Under the pieces are notes generated by a model, which saw nothing but the letters and a program-made list of their open reading frames with translations, did not search any database and was not told where the DNA came from. DNA of 64,000 nt from IMG/VR virus record IMGVR_UViG_3300035204_001594, positions 1 through 64,000 of that record; one strand, given 5' to 3'. Of this stretch, positions 19,404 through 29,850 are shown one piece after another. The first letter of the stretch is position 1, and every line of letters begins with the position of its first letter. Both the position numbers and the translations under genes were made by a program. This DNA comes from a virus.

Positions 19404-22277
19404 TTACTCTTTTATGTGTATTCCGTGTTGTTCTAATTCTTTCTCCGTTAAAGGGCTTCCCCATCGAAGAGAAATTTCTGGGTCAATCTGTAGGGTTAGG
19501 TCGTATCCGGGGATGGTACATCTATCGCACATACACACCTGTAATGCCTGTACGGTTTCCTGTACCTCCTCGATAGGACAAGTTGTTAAAATTTGGTCAT
19601 GAACACTCATTAAAATTTTGTAGTTTAACGTAGGTTTATCTACGCGTCTATAGTCATATAGGTTAACTAGGGCTTTAGACATAAGATCGCCCACAGTACC
19701 TTGAATAGGCATGTTCATAGCTTGACGTTCTTGATGGGCTATAACCTCGTGGTCATTCGTCTTCTCGAAACGTCTCCTACGACCTAAAGCGTTGGTGACA
19801 AATCCTTGAGTTACTACTAATGCTTTCTGATCCCCTAACCATTGAGTTAGTTGAGGATACGTAGCTTTAAATTTCTGAATAGCTTCCTGGGATTCCTCTA
19901 CCGTAATATTGACGCCCTGTCTGTAAACTTCTTCCTTAATAGCGGCTGCTCCTCGACCATACGCAATACCAAATGTAATAGTTTTGGCTATAGTCCTTTT
20001 AGGAGATTCGTCTAGGTGCTTAATCCATGCCTTAGTGCCTTCAGTCCAGTTGTTAGGCATAGGTTCGAGTTGGAACATATCTAAAGCAGTTTCTGAGTGG
20101 AAATCTACACCAGGGGCAGAAAGACGTTCTTGCATATTAGTGTCCCCGCTTAGCCAAGCCATAACATATAACTCAGCTCCTACCCAATCGGCATCTACAA
20201 AGCACCACCCCGGCTCAGGCACAAAACAAGAACGAATAGGCGGTACTTCTTCTTCAAATACATTAGATAGTACGGCCTCGGCGCTTTTAGGGATCTGGGC
20301 CATATTAGGATTAGAGTGGCCGTACCTGCCGGTCTCTACAGTCTGCCTAATACGACAGTGTACTCGTCCGTCTGGCCACACCTTGCTTAATATACCTTTA
20401 GTCATATCTACAGACTCCCCCTCATCTGCGTTAATATACTCTCCCGTAAATGTTTTCACAGCTTGACTGACTGCGCTGTAATACAAAACATTTTTAAGGA
20501 ACGGGTCATCGGGATTTTCTATAAGCAGAGTCTGAATACTTGCTTTATCTGTAGAGGGCCTACTTTCGGCAAGCAGCCCTTTCGATAAAACATCTACCCA
20601 TTTCTTGCCGTCCCCTGTTCGTTTAACAGGAGTGTAGACCTTTAGGCGGGCGTCGTCAGGACTTTTAATAGTCACTACCCCCTGAGCATTAGGCTTCCCT
20701 ACACTAAACAAAGCCTCTACCTTTTGATCCGATGAGTCGGGATTGAATTCAGGCCAGTTAAGCTCGTCTCGTAACGCTTGCTTAAGCTTATTTTTACCTT
20801 CTGTATATAATTTGGCTAATACGATCATACGTTCGTGATCTACCCCTATCCCCTCTAACTCCATTTCTAGAATGGGAAGAGTTGCGGGCATGGATATATT
20901 CTCAAACAATGATAGCAGATCTTCATGACCCTCGCTGCGCATTTCTGCGTACTGTTGTACAAATATTCTGAAAGTTGTATCTGCGTCTGCTGCAGCATAG
21001 GGAAGCAGTATCTCGGAAGGTACGTGTTGGAATCCATTCTCCTCAACATCTGCCTTATTTTCCTTAATCCATTGTTTAACGTCCTTATCGTACCTTCCCA
21101 AAGAGGTGTACCTAAGGGTGTAGACTTCTAAAGCCTGCTTCCAGTTTTCGTTTAGTAGGTGTCCCGCTAAGCCGGTGTCCCAGCCTTTCGTAACATTTAC
21201 GCCCAGCTCTACGCCGTACTTATATAACCACGGGAGGTCTGCTCGTATAAAATGTCCTATTAACCGAGCCCTTTCATGCTCAAACAGCTTCCGTAAAATT
21301 GTCCAAGCTCTTTCAAGGTTTTGCTGCAGCTCGGAAGCATTACCGTCCTCGTCGGTAAATATAGGCACAATAACCTTTCCGGGAGACCAGGCAATTTGAA
21401 TGGTCCTTAAGCATCCATCTAAGATTGTTTGCCCTGCCCACTCGCAATCGACCGCCAACCACCCGTGGTACTCGTCAATAATGGTATTCACCCAGGACTG
21501 CAGTGATTTTAAGTCGAGTATATAGTGGTACTCTGGGGTAATGGTAGATGTTTTAAGGTCCGGTGTTTCCGCCTTGGCCATAGCTCGTTTAAGTGTACTC
21601 AGATCTAATCTTAATTGGTCCCTGTTTTCAGGCTTATGTATTAGGGAGCTCGGGTTTAGGCACGCTATGAATGTAATGCCTTCATATTCATCGCTGTCTA
21701 CTGTAAAACTCATTCCTTGATAGTCCGAAAGCTTAGCCTTAACTCCGCATATTGCTTTAAGAGCTTTGGCCCCTAGAAGGACTACGATCTCAGGGTTTAC
21801 TAAAGATATTTCGGTAGATATAAGTTCTTTAGACCAGTTTATCCAAGTTTTTGGGAGAGCGGCTTTTTTAATAAACATTCCGTGTTTAACCGCAGTGGTG
21901 TAATAAAAGTCTGTGCAATCTACCCCCTGATCTGAACAAGCTTCTGTGAACTCTTTAGTGTAATCTCCTAGCCAAAGTACCCCTAAGTCTTCTTCAATGG
22001 GGTTAACGCAATCTCCGATAACCATAACTTTATGAGGACGGAGGGGTCCTCCTTTCTTATTAGACATCTGTCGAATCTGGGTTGCATCAGTTCGTTCAAC
22101 AAATTTCATGGTGCGTCCCGGCAATGTTTTAACAATGTGAGTAGATCCCCCTTCTTCTACTGTAACTACCGTAGGCTCACATAGGAGTTTAGCGGTAGCG
22201 TCAGCTGTATTAAGAGATTGTTGAACTTGTAGTCGGGATACCAGGTAATTATCGGTAAGCGGCTCTATAGTTGTCAT
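19404..22277 (-). CDS. polA: family A DNA polymerase with N-terminal UDG-like domain and 3'-5' exonuclease
   Basis: UDG-like VMVIGD..NPEIVVLLGAKA..LNPS; Exo motifs AVDCE, GHFIRAD, YAAADAD; Pol motifs ETGR..SNPNMAQIP, DADWVGAEL, KTITFGIAYG, NMPIQGT, VHDQ. Confidence 0.93.
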   Translation of the reverse strand: MTTIEPLTDNYLVSRLQVQQSLNTADATAKLLCEPTVVTVEEGGSTHIVKTLPGRTMKFVERTDATQIRQMSNKKGGPLRPHKVMVIGDCVNPIEEDLGVLWLGDYTKEFTEACSDQGVDCTDFYYTTAVKHGMFIKKAALPKTWINWSKELISTEISLVNPEIVVLLGAKALKAICGVKAKLSDYQGMSFTVDSDEYEGITFIACLNPSSLIHKPENRDQLRLDLSTLKRAMAKAETPDLKTSTITPEYHYILDLKSLQSWVNTIIDEYHGWLAVDCEWAGQTILDGCLRTIQIAWSPGKVIVPIFTDEDGNASELQQNLERAWTILRKLFEHERARLIGHFIRADLPWLYKYGVELGVNVTKGWDTGLAGHLLNENWKQALEVYTLRYTSLGRYDKDVKQWIKENKADVEENGFQHVPSEILLPYAAADADTTFRIFVQQYAEMRSEGHEDLLSLFENISMPATLPILEMELEGIGVDHERMIVLAKLYTEGKNKLKQALRDELNWPEFNPDSSDQKVEALFSVGKPNAQGVVTIKSPDDARLKVYTPVKRTGDGKKWVDVLSKGLLAESRPSTDKASIQTLLIENPDDPFLKNVLYYSAVSQAVKTFTGEYINADEGESVDMTKGILSKVWPDGRVHCRIRQTVETGRYGHSNPNMAQIPKSAEAVLSNVFEEEVPPIRSCFVPEPGWCFVDADWVGAELYVMAWLSGDTNMQERLSAPGVDFHSETALDMFQLEPMPNNWTEGTKAWIKHLDESPKRTIAKTITFGIAYGRGAAAIKEEVYRQGVNITVEESQEAIQKFKATYPQLTQWLGDQKALVVTQGFVTNALGRRRRFEKTNDHEVIAHQERQAMNMPIQGTVGDLMSKALVNLYDYRRVDKPTLNYKILMSVHDQILTTCPIEEVQETVQALQVCMCDRCTIPGYDLTLQIDPEISLRWGSPLTEKELEQHGIHIKE

Positions 22278-23419
22278 ATGGTTATTCCAAGGGTGTTTTC
22301 TATTAACTCTATGGTTTTACTGAAGCCTAAATCGGCTGCATCACTTTTTGGAGGAAGATCTACTATGTAGCATCCTCCTTTAACTAACTTATTTAATGTG
22401 TACTGTGTCTGTGTGGGATCATCCTCGCTCTCTCGGAGAAGTATAACCCTACCCTTACTAAAATGCTGAGCCAGTATGTCTATCTGAATGGGGCTTAATC
22501 GCATGCCGAAGGTGCACACACCGCAAGGCCCTGAGGCCATTGCAGACAAGGGACCTTCGTTAACAAAGCAAAGTTTACCGTCTGTTAAAGCAGAGGCTCT
22601 TCCTACATTAAACACCGTACTCTTAGCCATCATGCCTGGGGCCGTTAGGTATTTAGGTAGCAGTTCACATCCTTTAACAGAATCTTTAGGAACCTTATCC
22701 CATTTACTTATATCATCCGTATACCTAAAGCCCCCTATCCACCGGGCCTGCCAACCTTGCCAAGACCCGTCTTTACCTAAATTAGGTAATATCAACCTAT
22801 CTTCAGGTGTAACGTACCACACCTGACCAGAAGAATCCTTAACTGCAGTTTTCCAGTTACTGTAAGTGCAATAACTTGCCCCATAAATCTTTGATATAAA
22901 CTGGGGGTCAAGTCCCCTATAAGCGGTGTATAAAACAGCTGGGTGCTCTGGTTCCAATTCCGCTAAGTAACGTATGTGTTCAGGTTTGCCAGGCAGCTTC
23001 ATGATTCTCGCAGGACGAGCCGCTGATTTATTTATATCAGACGGCTTAACCGGCTTTAAATCACCTAATAGTTTAGAGGCCTGTAAATGTTGATCTAAAT
23101 CCTTCCAGTCGCAGTCTTCATTAAAACACTTTACAAGCTGCTTTAGTACTAAGCCCGGCGCTAATTCTACATTCCACATATGACTAATATGCATCCTAAA
23201 CCGGGTGTCCCCACACTTAGGGCAGCATACTGTATAGGTTTCCCCCCAGTCTCCGTACACCACATCGTATGGGTTAGAGGCTATCTGGATACTGGCGGCT
23301 CCGTGAAATATATTCTTTCGTGCTCGGATCCCCGACGCTATAGACTGTTTGGATATCTGAACCTCGTTGAAAACCTGTATAAGTTGTGAGTATAAGGCTT
23401 CGTTTAAGGGTTCTGCCAT
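22274..23419 (-). CDS. DNA primase (Zn ribbon + TOPRIM-like)
   Basis: CPKCGD..CFNEDC Zn ribbon, GWQAR, PKYLT, VNEG, DAAD; adjacent to the helicase. Confidence 0.8.
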   Translation of the reverse strand: MAEPLNEALYSQLIQVFNEVQISKQSIASGIRARKNIFHGAASIQIASNPYDVVYGDWGETYTVCCPKCGDTRFRMHISHMWNVELAPGLVLKQLVKCFNEDCDWKDLDQHLQASKLLGDLKPVKPSDINKSAARPARIMKLPGKPEHIRYLAELEPEHPAVLYTAYRGLDPQFISKIYGASYCTYSNWKTAVKDSSGQVWYVTPEDRLILPNLGKDGSWQGWQARWIGGFRYTDDISKWDKVPKDSVKGCELLPKYLTAPGMMAKSTVFNVGRASALTDGKLCFVNEGPLSAMASGPCGVCTFGMRLSPIQIDILAQHFSKGRVILLRESEDDPTQTQYTLNKLVKGGCYIVDLPPKSDAADLGFSKTIELIENTLGITI

Positions 23420-23421
23420 AG

Positions 23422-24867
23422 TTAGTCCATATTCAATCGAGCGAACATATCAGAAAACTGAGATGTGTCTAAATCATTGCCTAAACCTGTTACGCCATCA
23501 CAAGGCATCACTCCAGAACAATCATGGGTTAGCGCAAATCCGTCAGCCATAACAAACCGGGATTTAGGGCCTTCCATTTTAATAAGATGCTTTCCAGTGG
23601 GGTCCCCGTTTCTTAACTTAGGAACTCCGCATATAGCTACATTGTGCTCTTTTTCGCGATTACTGACGGTAATAACCGTATCCATGTAGTGGTGAAGGGA
23701 TCGACACTCAAACGCATCTGTAGGTTCCGGAACTTTTAGGGACCTAGAGGTTACGGCTTGAGTCCCCAGCTGGTGATATAACCAAATGTTTACACCAAGC
23801 TCTCCCCCAACCTTACGTAAATCGTCAGATAGCTTAATCATAACTTGAGACTTATTGTTGTCTTTACTTCCTGAGGATGACATGTAATTATTTACCATGG
23901 GGCCAAACCAGTCTACACCTACGTAACGAGGATTTTTACCTTCTCGTCTAACATCCTCTACTATAGACGCTATATCGCCAGGCCCCCCTATCCCGCCGTG
24001 CTGCTCCGCGTAGTCTAGCATATCAATCACGTGTAGCTTTCCTTGTAGCTTCTCCCTAGCCTGTCTATACCTCTGTACAGTAGAGGAGCCCAGTTCATCT
24101 AAATTCTTACCCATAAATGTAGATATAGGTAAGCCGGTTGCAAAGGCGTAGATACGGTTATATACCGCTGGAAAAACATTTTGCTCATAAGATAGCATAA
24201 TCGCATCTTCGCCATTCAGAGCGGCAGATGCAGCCATCTGAACATTAAGAAGTGTTTTACCCCCACCAGAGGGCGCTAATACTAAGGTTGTTTCGCCTGG
24301 TATGGATCCGCCTTGGGTAATCCTGTCTACAAAGTCCACACCCCAAGCTTGTCGTTTAGGACCCCCCACCAGAGGGTCTTCAGTTTCAAACGGGTCGTAG
24401 ATTTTAACTTTGGAAACAGAGGCGCCTTTGTAGGCGGTTTTTATATCCGCTAATCCTACCGACAAATCCGAGGCTACGGATAAATTTTGTATAGCCGGTC
24501 TTATTCGACGTTCATACAGAAATTCTTCTAATATTTTTAGTATAGAGTGTGTTTCATCCTCTGAATCGGGATTCACGTTATCGCTATACCCAAACTTAGC
24601 TACATGCTGAATGGTTTCAAACTCTGCAGGTGTAACATACCCCTCATTTTTAAGCTCCAACAACTGGGTCTCGAAAAAGGGCTGCTTAATAGTGGTTCTA
24701 TTTTGCTCATACCACTGGGTGGATATTAAAAGGATAATTTTTATATGATTTTCAGAAGGTAACAGTAGGTCATAAGATACCTTACCTATAGCCTGATTTA
24801 ATACCCTAGGGTAGCGTAGTAGGCCTACTGTAAGCCAGAATAATTTTTCATTACTTATACCTGTCAA
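23422..24867 (-). CDS. DnaB-like replicative helicase
   Basis: Walker A APSGGGKT, LSYE, VGVDW, YHQL, KLRNG. Confidence 0.85.
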   Translation of the reverse strand: MTGISNEKLFWLTVGLLRYPRVLNQAIGKVSYDLLLPSENHIKIILLISTQWYEQNRTTIKQPFFETQLLELKNEGYVTPAEFETIQHVAKFGYSDNVNPDSEDETHSILKILEEFLYERRIRPAIQNLSVASDLSVGLADIKTAYKGASVSKVKIYDPFETEDPLVGGPKRQAWGVDFVDRITQGGSIPGETTLVLAPSGGGKTLLNVQMAASAALNGEDAIMLSYEQNVFPAVYNRIYAFATGLPISTFMGKNLDELGSSTVQRYRQAREKLQGKLHVIDMLDYAEQHGGIGGPGDIASIVEDVRREGKNPRYVGVDWFGPMVNNYMSSSGSKDNNKSQVMIKLSDDLRKVGGELGVNIWLYHQLGTQAVTSRSLKVPEPTDAFECRSLHHYMDTVITVSNREKEHNVAICGVPKLRNGDPTGKHLIKMEGPKSRFVMADGFALTHDCSGVMPCDGVTGLGNDLDTSQFSDMFARLNMD

Positions 24868-24869
24868 TG

Positions 24870-25415
24870 TTAGTTTACCCAGTCTTTCAGTAGAGTTTGC
24901 ATTTCGTGAAAATAATACGGCATTGTATCTGTAATCTTGGAAGCTAATTCTCGCCTATCCTCTGCCACAGGTACCTCTAATTTGTCAGCCATCTCTACCG
25001 CAAACACCGGATGAAACTCATAGCGAGGGTCAAACAGTACATCCTTTGGCAGCGCGGGAGTGATCCCGTCCGCGGGGTTGAGTAAGCTTTTAAACCTATT
25101 TAACATTAGCTTCACGTGAAGAGCTACATCTTTTCTGATAGTAACAGGGGACCCCATTTGTACAAATGTGGTTAAGCTGCTTAGTAGTGTGTTTAAAAAG
25201 GGAAGTCCTGGAATAGCCTCTTTAAAACACCAGTCAAGGTAGTCGTCGGCATTAATATTCTCTTCATTAATCTTACTCGACACAAGAAACCATACATCTC
25301 TACCTCTATTATCAGCAGGTCGAGCCTTCCTAGTTATCGCTAACGCTACATCATCCCCTCTAAAGTAGGCTACCCTGTCGCAGTATTTTTGTTTAAACTC
25401 TGCGCTTGTGACCAT
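24870..25415 (-). CDS. hypothetical protein in the replication block
   Basis: 181 aa, tightly packed next to the helicase gene. Confidence 0.6.
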   Translation of the reverse strand: MVTSAEFKQKYCDRVAYFRGDDVALAITRKARPADNRGRDVWFLVSSKINEENINADDYLDWCFKEAIPGLPFLNTLLSSLTTFVQMGSPVTIRKDVALHVKLMLNRFKSLLNPADGITPALPKDVLFDPRYEFHPVFAVEMADKLEVPVAEDRRELASKITDTMPYYFHEMQTLLKDWVN

Positions 25416-25753
25416 TACAAGATATTATCGTCATCTGATGTAAAGTCAAGATGTATCCTGAGTAAAGACGGATTTTCTAACAAACAATCCCTAGCTCCTT
25501 CTCCCGAACACTCAACTTCTGATACATCAACCTCAAAAGACGTCTGGCTCATACCAAGTGCAGTTAGTGCGTAATCCGCGGAGTACTCACCAAACACATC
25601 TTCAAGGAGGGAATTCTGGGCATCCCCACGCTTGGTTGGGTATAATTTAATTTCCTTATACGTAAATTTATCCGCACTATCGTGGGCAACCGTATCAAAT
25701 AAGGGTTGTAATTGTTTATTTAAGTCATCGAAATTCGTGTTATAGTTCGACAT
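25415..25753 (-). CDS. hypothetical acidic protein
   Basis: 112 aa, overlapping neighbours. Confidence 0.55.
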   Translation of the reverse strand: MSNYNTNFDDLNKQLQPLFDTVAHDSADKFTYKEIKLYPTKRGDAQNSLLEDVFGEYSADYALTALGMSQTSFEVDVSEVECSGEGARDCLLENPSLLRIHLDFTSDDDNIL

Positions 25754-27170
25754 GTTTTATAGTCCACCCCTTTGATTCATAGTTGCTAAGACGAGAACGA
25801 GCACGGCGAGCTGTCCACACATCAAATGTGTCAGTAAAATCCACTAACAATCCTCTGCTTTTACCTTCTGCCAATCTACACACACGGCCTGGCATTTGAA
25901 CATCTTTAATAGTAGATGCACCTCCGTCAGCCCGTATAATCACAGCAAGCTCAGGAAAATCGACACCCGTACTCCATATACTGGTAGCTATAACTCGTTT
26001 AACCTTACCCGCAGAGAAGTCGGTCTGTAGGGTCTCCACCTCTTTTTTAGTAATAGGGTCACCGTGGAGTAGCCCGTCGTTATGAAACTTTATAGCAGAG
26101 TCTTTAGACATAGGTCCGTGAGCTACCTGAAAATCGGGTAATTTCTGAAGTAAGCTTAAAGCATGTTCAACCTTGTCCACTAAAATTAGCATCTGAGGAT
26201 CCTTTTCCTCAAGCTGAGGAGGTAAGAACTCATAAACTGTTTTAGCTATTAAGGTGTTACGAGCATCATTCTTCCAGTATCCGTGACGCTGACGGCCTAT
26301 ATCGTACGACATGTTTTGAAAGTAAGAACCTGTTTCTACTCCCTCAGCCCCTATAGCAAATACTTCTATAGGAACAACCAGTCCTAGGTCCACGCCGTCC
26401 TGATAATCAACCTTAATTATCTTAGGGCCAAAAAACCCTTCTACAGCTAAGGCCGAATTATCTAATCTGTCGTCCGGGGTAGCTGAATAGGATATAAACT
26501 TACACCCCTTAAATTTTGGGTAAAACTGTAAAAATGAAGGTATTACTAGCTGGTGAACCTCGTCGAACTGGGCCACTTCTATTTTATCTAATTCAATATG
26601 CCCCATAGAACCTACGGTACATACTAAAGGATTGCCTTTTTTATGTATACCTGAGTTCCAGCATCCAGCGGAAGGGAATACGCTCGATAGGCGGTCGTAA
26701 AGCATGTTACACACACTTTTACTTTTCGTGAACACCCCATGTACCTGATTAGGGTACATCTTTACAACCTTCTCTACCATAACGCCCTTACCAAACCCGG
26801 TAAGGGCGTCTACCACCCCACAGCTACTAGAAGCCGTAGCCTCCAGTACCTTTAACTGCCCAGGGCGCAATTCCCCAAGATTCGACATGTCCGCCGGAGG
26901 AAGGGACATTTCAGCTACAATCTTTGTAGTGTGGGGTACCTTTAAATCATCTAAAATACCCTTCACTCTCTGCTCAAATCCTCGGGGAAATAGTAAATAG
27001 CCGGAGTCGTCTGTGTATAACTCTACCCGTTCCTGCTCGTATCGAACAGCCTTACCTGGTTCTCTTACCTGAACGGTTTTCATATAAACTAATTCATTTT
27101 TAACTTTATCGGAGTAAGTACCCGGCGACAGGCGAATATACCTATCTATTATCTCTATAGTTGCAATCAC
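25740..27170 (-). CDS. superfamily 2 DExH helicase (UvsW-like)
   Basis: LRPGQ, LTGFGKG, FDEVH, SATP, TGVDFP, QMPGRVCR. Confidence 0.9.
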   Translation of the reverse strand: MIATIEIIDRYIRLSPGTYSDKVKNELVYMKTVQVREPGKAVRYEQERVELYTDDSGYLLFPRGFEQRVKGILDDLKVPHTTKIVAEMSLPPADMSNLGELRPGQLKVLEATASSSCGVVDALTGFGKGVMVEKVVKMYPNQVHGVFTKSKSVCNMLYDRLSSVFPSAGCWNSGIHKKGNPLVCTVGSMGHIELDKIEVAQFDEVHQLVIPSFLQFYPKFKGCKFISYSATPDDRLDNSALAVEGFFGPKIIKVDYQDGVDLGLVVPIEVFAIGAEGVETGSYFQNMSYDIGRQRHGYWKNDARNTLIAKTVYEFLPPQLEEKDPQMLILVDKVEHALSLLQKLPDFQVAHGPMSKDSAIKFHNDGLLHGDPITKKEVETLQTDFSAGKVKRVIATSIWSTGVDFPELAVIIRADGGASTIKDVQMPGRVCRLAEGKSRGLLVDFTDTFDVWTARRARSRLSNYESKGWTIKHVEL

Positions 27171-29338
27171 ATATAACCCTTTAAGTTTATTTGAACCTCA
27201 CCGTAAGACGCTAGGGTCTCACTGTGGGTAATTACAATGAACTGACGGTCAGTTCTTTTACTGATGGATACCAGTTTACTGAAAGTTTCAGCCACGTCTT
27301 TGGCGTTTTCTTCCTGCATAGATCCGGTAGGCTCATCTAAAGCCAACACACCTAGACTACTGGCGAATACATCGTTTACAGATAGTAAGTACGCTATGCT
27401 GACCTGCTGCTTCTGGCCACCAGACAACCTACTAGCTCTGTGCTCTAGCCCATCTGATTTCTTCACCATAAATTGTAGATCGCTATCAACCCAAGCGCTG
27501 AAACTGGCGTCCACCATGGTTAAGTACTCGTCTAACTTAGCGTTAATTTCATTTAAATACTGAGCGGAGACCAATTTAGGGAGATTATTTTTATGTAGAA
27601 TCTCTATAGCCTTCTCTAGCAACGAACGATACTGCTTAATAGGTTCTGCGGACGCTGCTCTATCTTGTAATATATCTAGCTTTTCCTGTGCTCTATTTAA
27701 CTCCTCGGTTTTAGCTGAAACGGCACCAAGTAGAGACGCGTGCTTTGTCTGTAAATCAACGATATGCGCTTGTTTGGACTCAAGCACCTTTAGTCGTGTG
27801 GCATCAGGCTCACCTGTTCCCCCCAATAGGTCAAGCGTACTGGTACCGTTAGTAATCCCAGAGTCGTAGGTTTGTAACCGGCTGTTAGCACTGCTTATGT
27901 TGCTCTCTAAGGTAGTCTTTGCCCTAACTAAGTCTTCGTGGCGGGTAATATCTTCATTGCACTTATCCGTCTCGTTCTGATCCACAGGACGGGCTTCTGC
28001 CAGCTGGGATACACGATCCTTGCATCTAGAGATATGTTCCTGTATTCGATTTACAGCTGAATTATGCCGTTCCTGCTCTAACTCGTAATCAGAAAACTCC
28101 TTTTGCTTTAAACTTACGGCGGTAAGAAGCTCTGTAATTTGGGTATAGACGAGGGTCAGTTCCGCCTCTTTCTCTTTAAGCTGAGGCAGGTCTACTTTAT
28201 CAGTACGCTGACCGCACTCAGGACAGCAGCCTAGGTCGGCCAGCTTTATCTTCTTTTGAAGCTCTCTTAAAGACAGTTGAACATCCCCAGCTTTACCCCG
28301 CAATTCCTCTACCTGAGAGTCTGCGGGTTTGCTGCCCTCCGGAGCGACTGGCTCTATCAAGGAGCTTTTTCCTCGCTCATACTCCTCCAGTTCAGCCTTA
28401 GCTTCTGTTAGATCTTTCCAGGCCTGAATTCTATACTCAAGTGTCGCCAAAGACTCTTTTGCGGATGCGGCAGCTTGTTCGCTACTAGCCCATTTTGTTA
28501 AAATATCCTTTTCGTCCAGACGCATCTGCTCTAAACGAGCTTCCATAGTAACTTTCTGGTCCTTAAAAGACTCTATCTCTGCTGCGACTCGCTGGTACTT
28601 AACCAAATTAGCCTCAGCCTCTTTTAATATAGCCACTTCGTTGTTTAGTGCTGAAATATCCGTACTCTCTACCTCCGCTTGAATTGTTTCCGCCTCATTT
28701 TCGCAAGTAGATCGCTCACTAAGTATTAGGTCTAGGTCCTTTTGAAGCAAATCGACTTCAGTACCTACATCGGGGACGGTATAGCTGGATAAGCTCTCCC
28801 GTAGTTTAGATCGAGATATTTCCATCTCATTAACCCTAGTGAGTACGTGGATAGTTTCCTGGAACTTCGCAGGGGTGGCGCTAGCCGGGTAGGTAATTTG
28901 ATCTTGATCTATAATAAGATGAGAATCAATTACCTTAGGCGATACAGGCAGCATCTTAAGCAAAAGCTCATTGGCCTCTCTGGCCGTATAGGCTTCTTCT
29001 ATGATTTCACCTTCCTGAGTGGTAACCGCTATTCTAGGTATATCTAACTTCTTAAAGATTGCGTTATCCGCTAGGGGTTTGGTGATTTCTAGGATACGGC
29101 TGCCTAAGCTCCAACTAACGGTAAAGTAAGAGGGTTCTGCGCTGGGAGTACCCCAGGATACCCATGAGGAGCCGCTACCAGGAATATTGTTTGTTAAAGA
29201 AGACTTAATCATAGTGAGAAGTGTAGACTTCCCGCAGCCTATAGGCCCCGTAATTGTAGTTAATGTGTCTCCGAATAAAAACTCGAAGGAACCTTTCAAT
29301 AGGCCTACGTTGGAGCCCTTAACTGATAATAGTTTCAT
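27167..29338 (-). CDS. Rad50/SbcC-like SMC ATPase (gp46-like)
   Basis: GPIGCGKS, long coiled coil with central CPECG Zn hook, LSGGQ, LDEPT, ITH. Confidence 0.92.
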   Translation of the reverse strand: MKLLSVKGSNVGLLKGSFEFLFGDTLTTITGPIGCGKSTLLTMIKSSLTNNIPGSGSSWVSWGTPSAEPSYFTVSWSLGSRILEITKPLADNAIFKKLDIPRIAVTTQEGEIIEEAYTAREANELLLKMLPVSPKVIDSHLIIDQDQITYPASATPAKFQETIHVLTRVNEMEISRSKLRESLSSYTVPDVGTEVDLLQKDLDLILSERSTCENEAETIQAEVESTDISALNNEVAILKEAEANLVKYQRVAAEIESFKDQKVTMEARLEQMRLDEKDILTKWASSEQAAASAKESLATLEYRIQAWKDLTEAKAELEEYERGKSSLIEPVAPEGSKPADSQVEELRGKAGDVQLSLRELQKKIKLADLGCCPECGQRTDKVDLPQLKEKEAELTLVYTQITELLTAVSLKQKEFSDYELEQERHNSAVNRIQEHISRCKDRVSQLAEARPVDQNETDKCNEDITRHEDLVRAKTTLESNISSANSRLQTYDSGITNGTSTLDLLGGTGEPDATRLKVLESKQAHIVDLQTKHASLLGAVSAKTEELNRAQEKLDILQDRAASAEPIKQYRSLLEKAIEILHKNNLPKLVSAQYLNEINAKLDEYLTMVDASFSAWVDSDLQFMVKKSDGLEHRASRLSGGQKQQVSIAYLLSVNDVFASSLGVLALDEPTGSMQEENAKDVAETFSKLVSISKRTDRQFIVITHSETLASYGEVQINLKGYM

Positions 29339-29349
29339 GTACGTATATC

Positions 29350-29850
29350 CTAGCCCTTTTTCTGACGACCTCGACTGCGAATCTCTACCCCAGCTCGCCT
29401 CACAGTACTAGCCATACACGGTACGCTAACTCCGTATATTTCAGCCAAATCCTTCAGGGTTATCCCCTGGGAGTACTTCTCGGCAATCTCCTCCTCTAAA
29501 CCGTACAGCTTAGGGGTGCGGCCTCTGATAGGCCGGGTGGTTTCCTTTACAGTAATTTTTTGAGTACTGGTATTACTATCATCCAGCTCAATCTCAATCT
29601 CAGTAACATGCCCTTGATTAGGCGTACCTTTCGGTTTGCCGTCAACTTCTTCTTTTGCCATATCGTTACTCTGCTGCACTGCGGTTTTCTGATCTATAGG
29701 TTCGACCGCCCGAGGTATACCGTTTATTAAGGGGTTAGGGTCGGTAGACTTCTGCTTACGTTTGTACGTAGGCAGGTCGTCGTCCTCATCCGAATCCTTA
29801 TTAACTTGAAGATGTAGGGGTTTAACATATTCGAACTCACCAACTTCCAT
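29350..29850 (-). CDS. protein with C-terminal helix-turn-helix
   Basis: YSQGITLKDLAEIYGVSVPCMASTVRRAGVEIRSRG. Confidence 0.7.
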   Translation of the reverse strand: MEVGEFEYVKPLHLQVNKDSDEDDDLPTYKRKQKSTDPNPLINGIPRAVEPIDQKTAVQQSNDMAKEEVDGKPKGTPNQGHVTEIEIELDDSNTSTQKITVKETTRPIRGRTPKLYGLEEEIAEKYSQGITLKDLAEIYGVSVPCMASTVRRAGVEIRSRGRQKKG

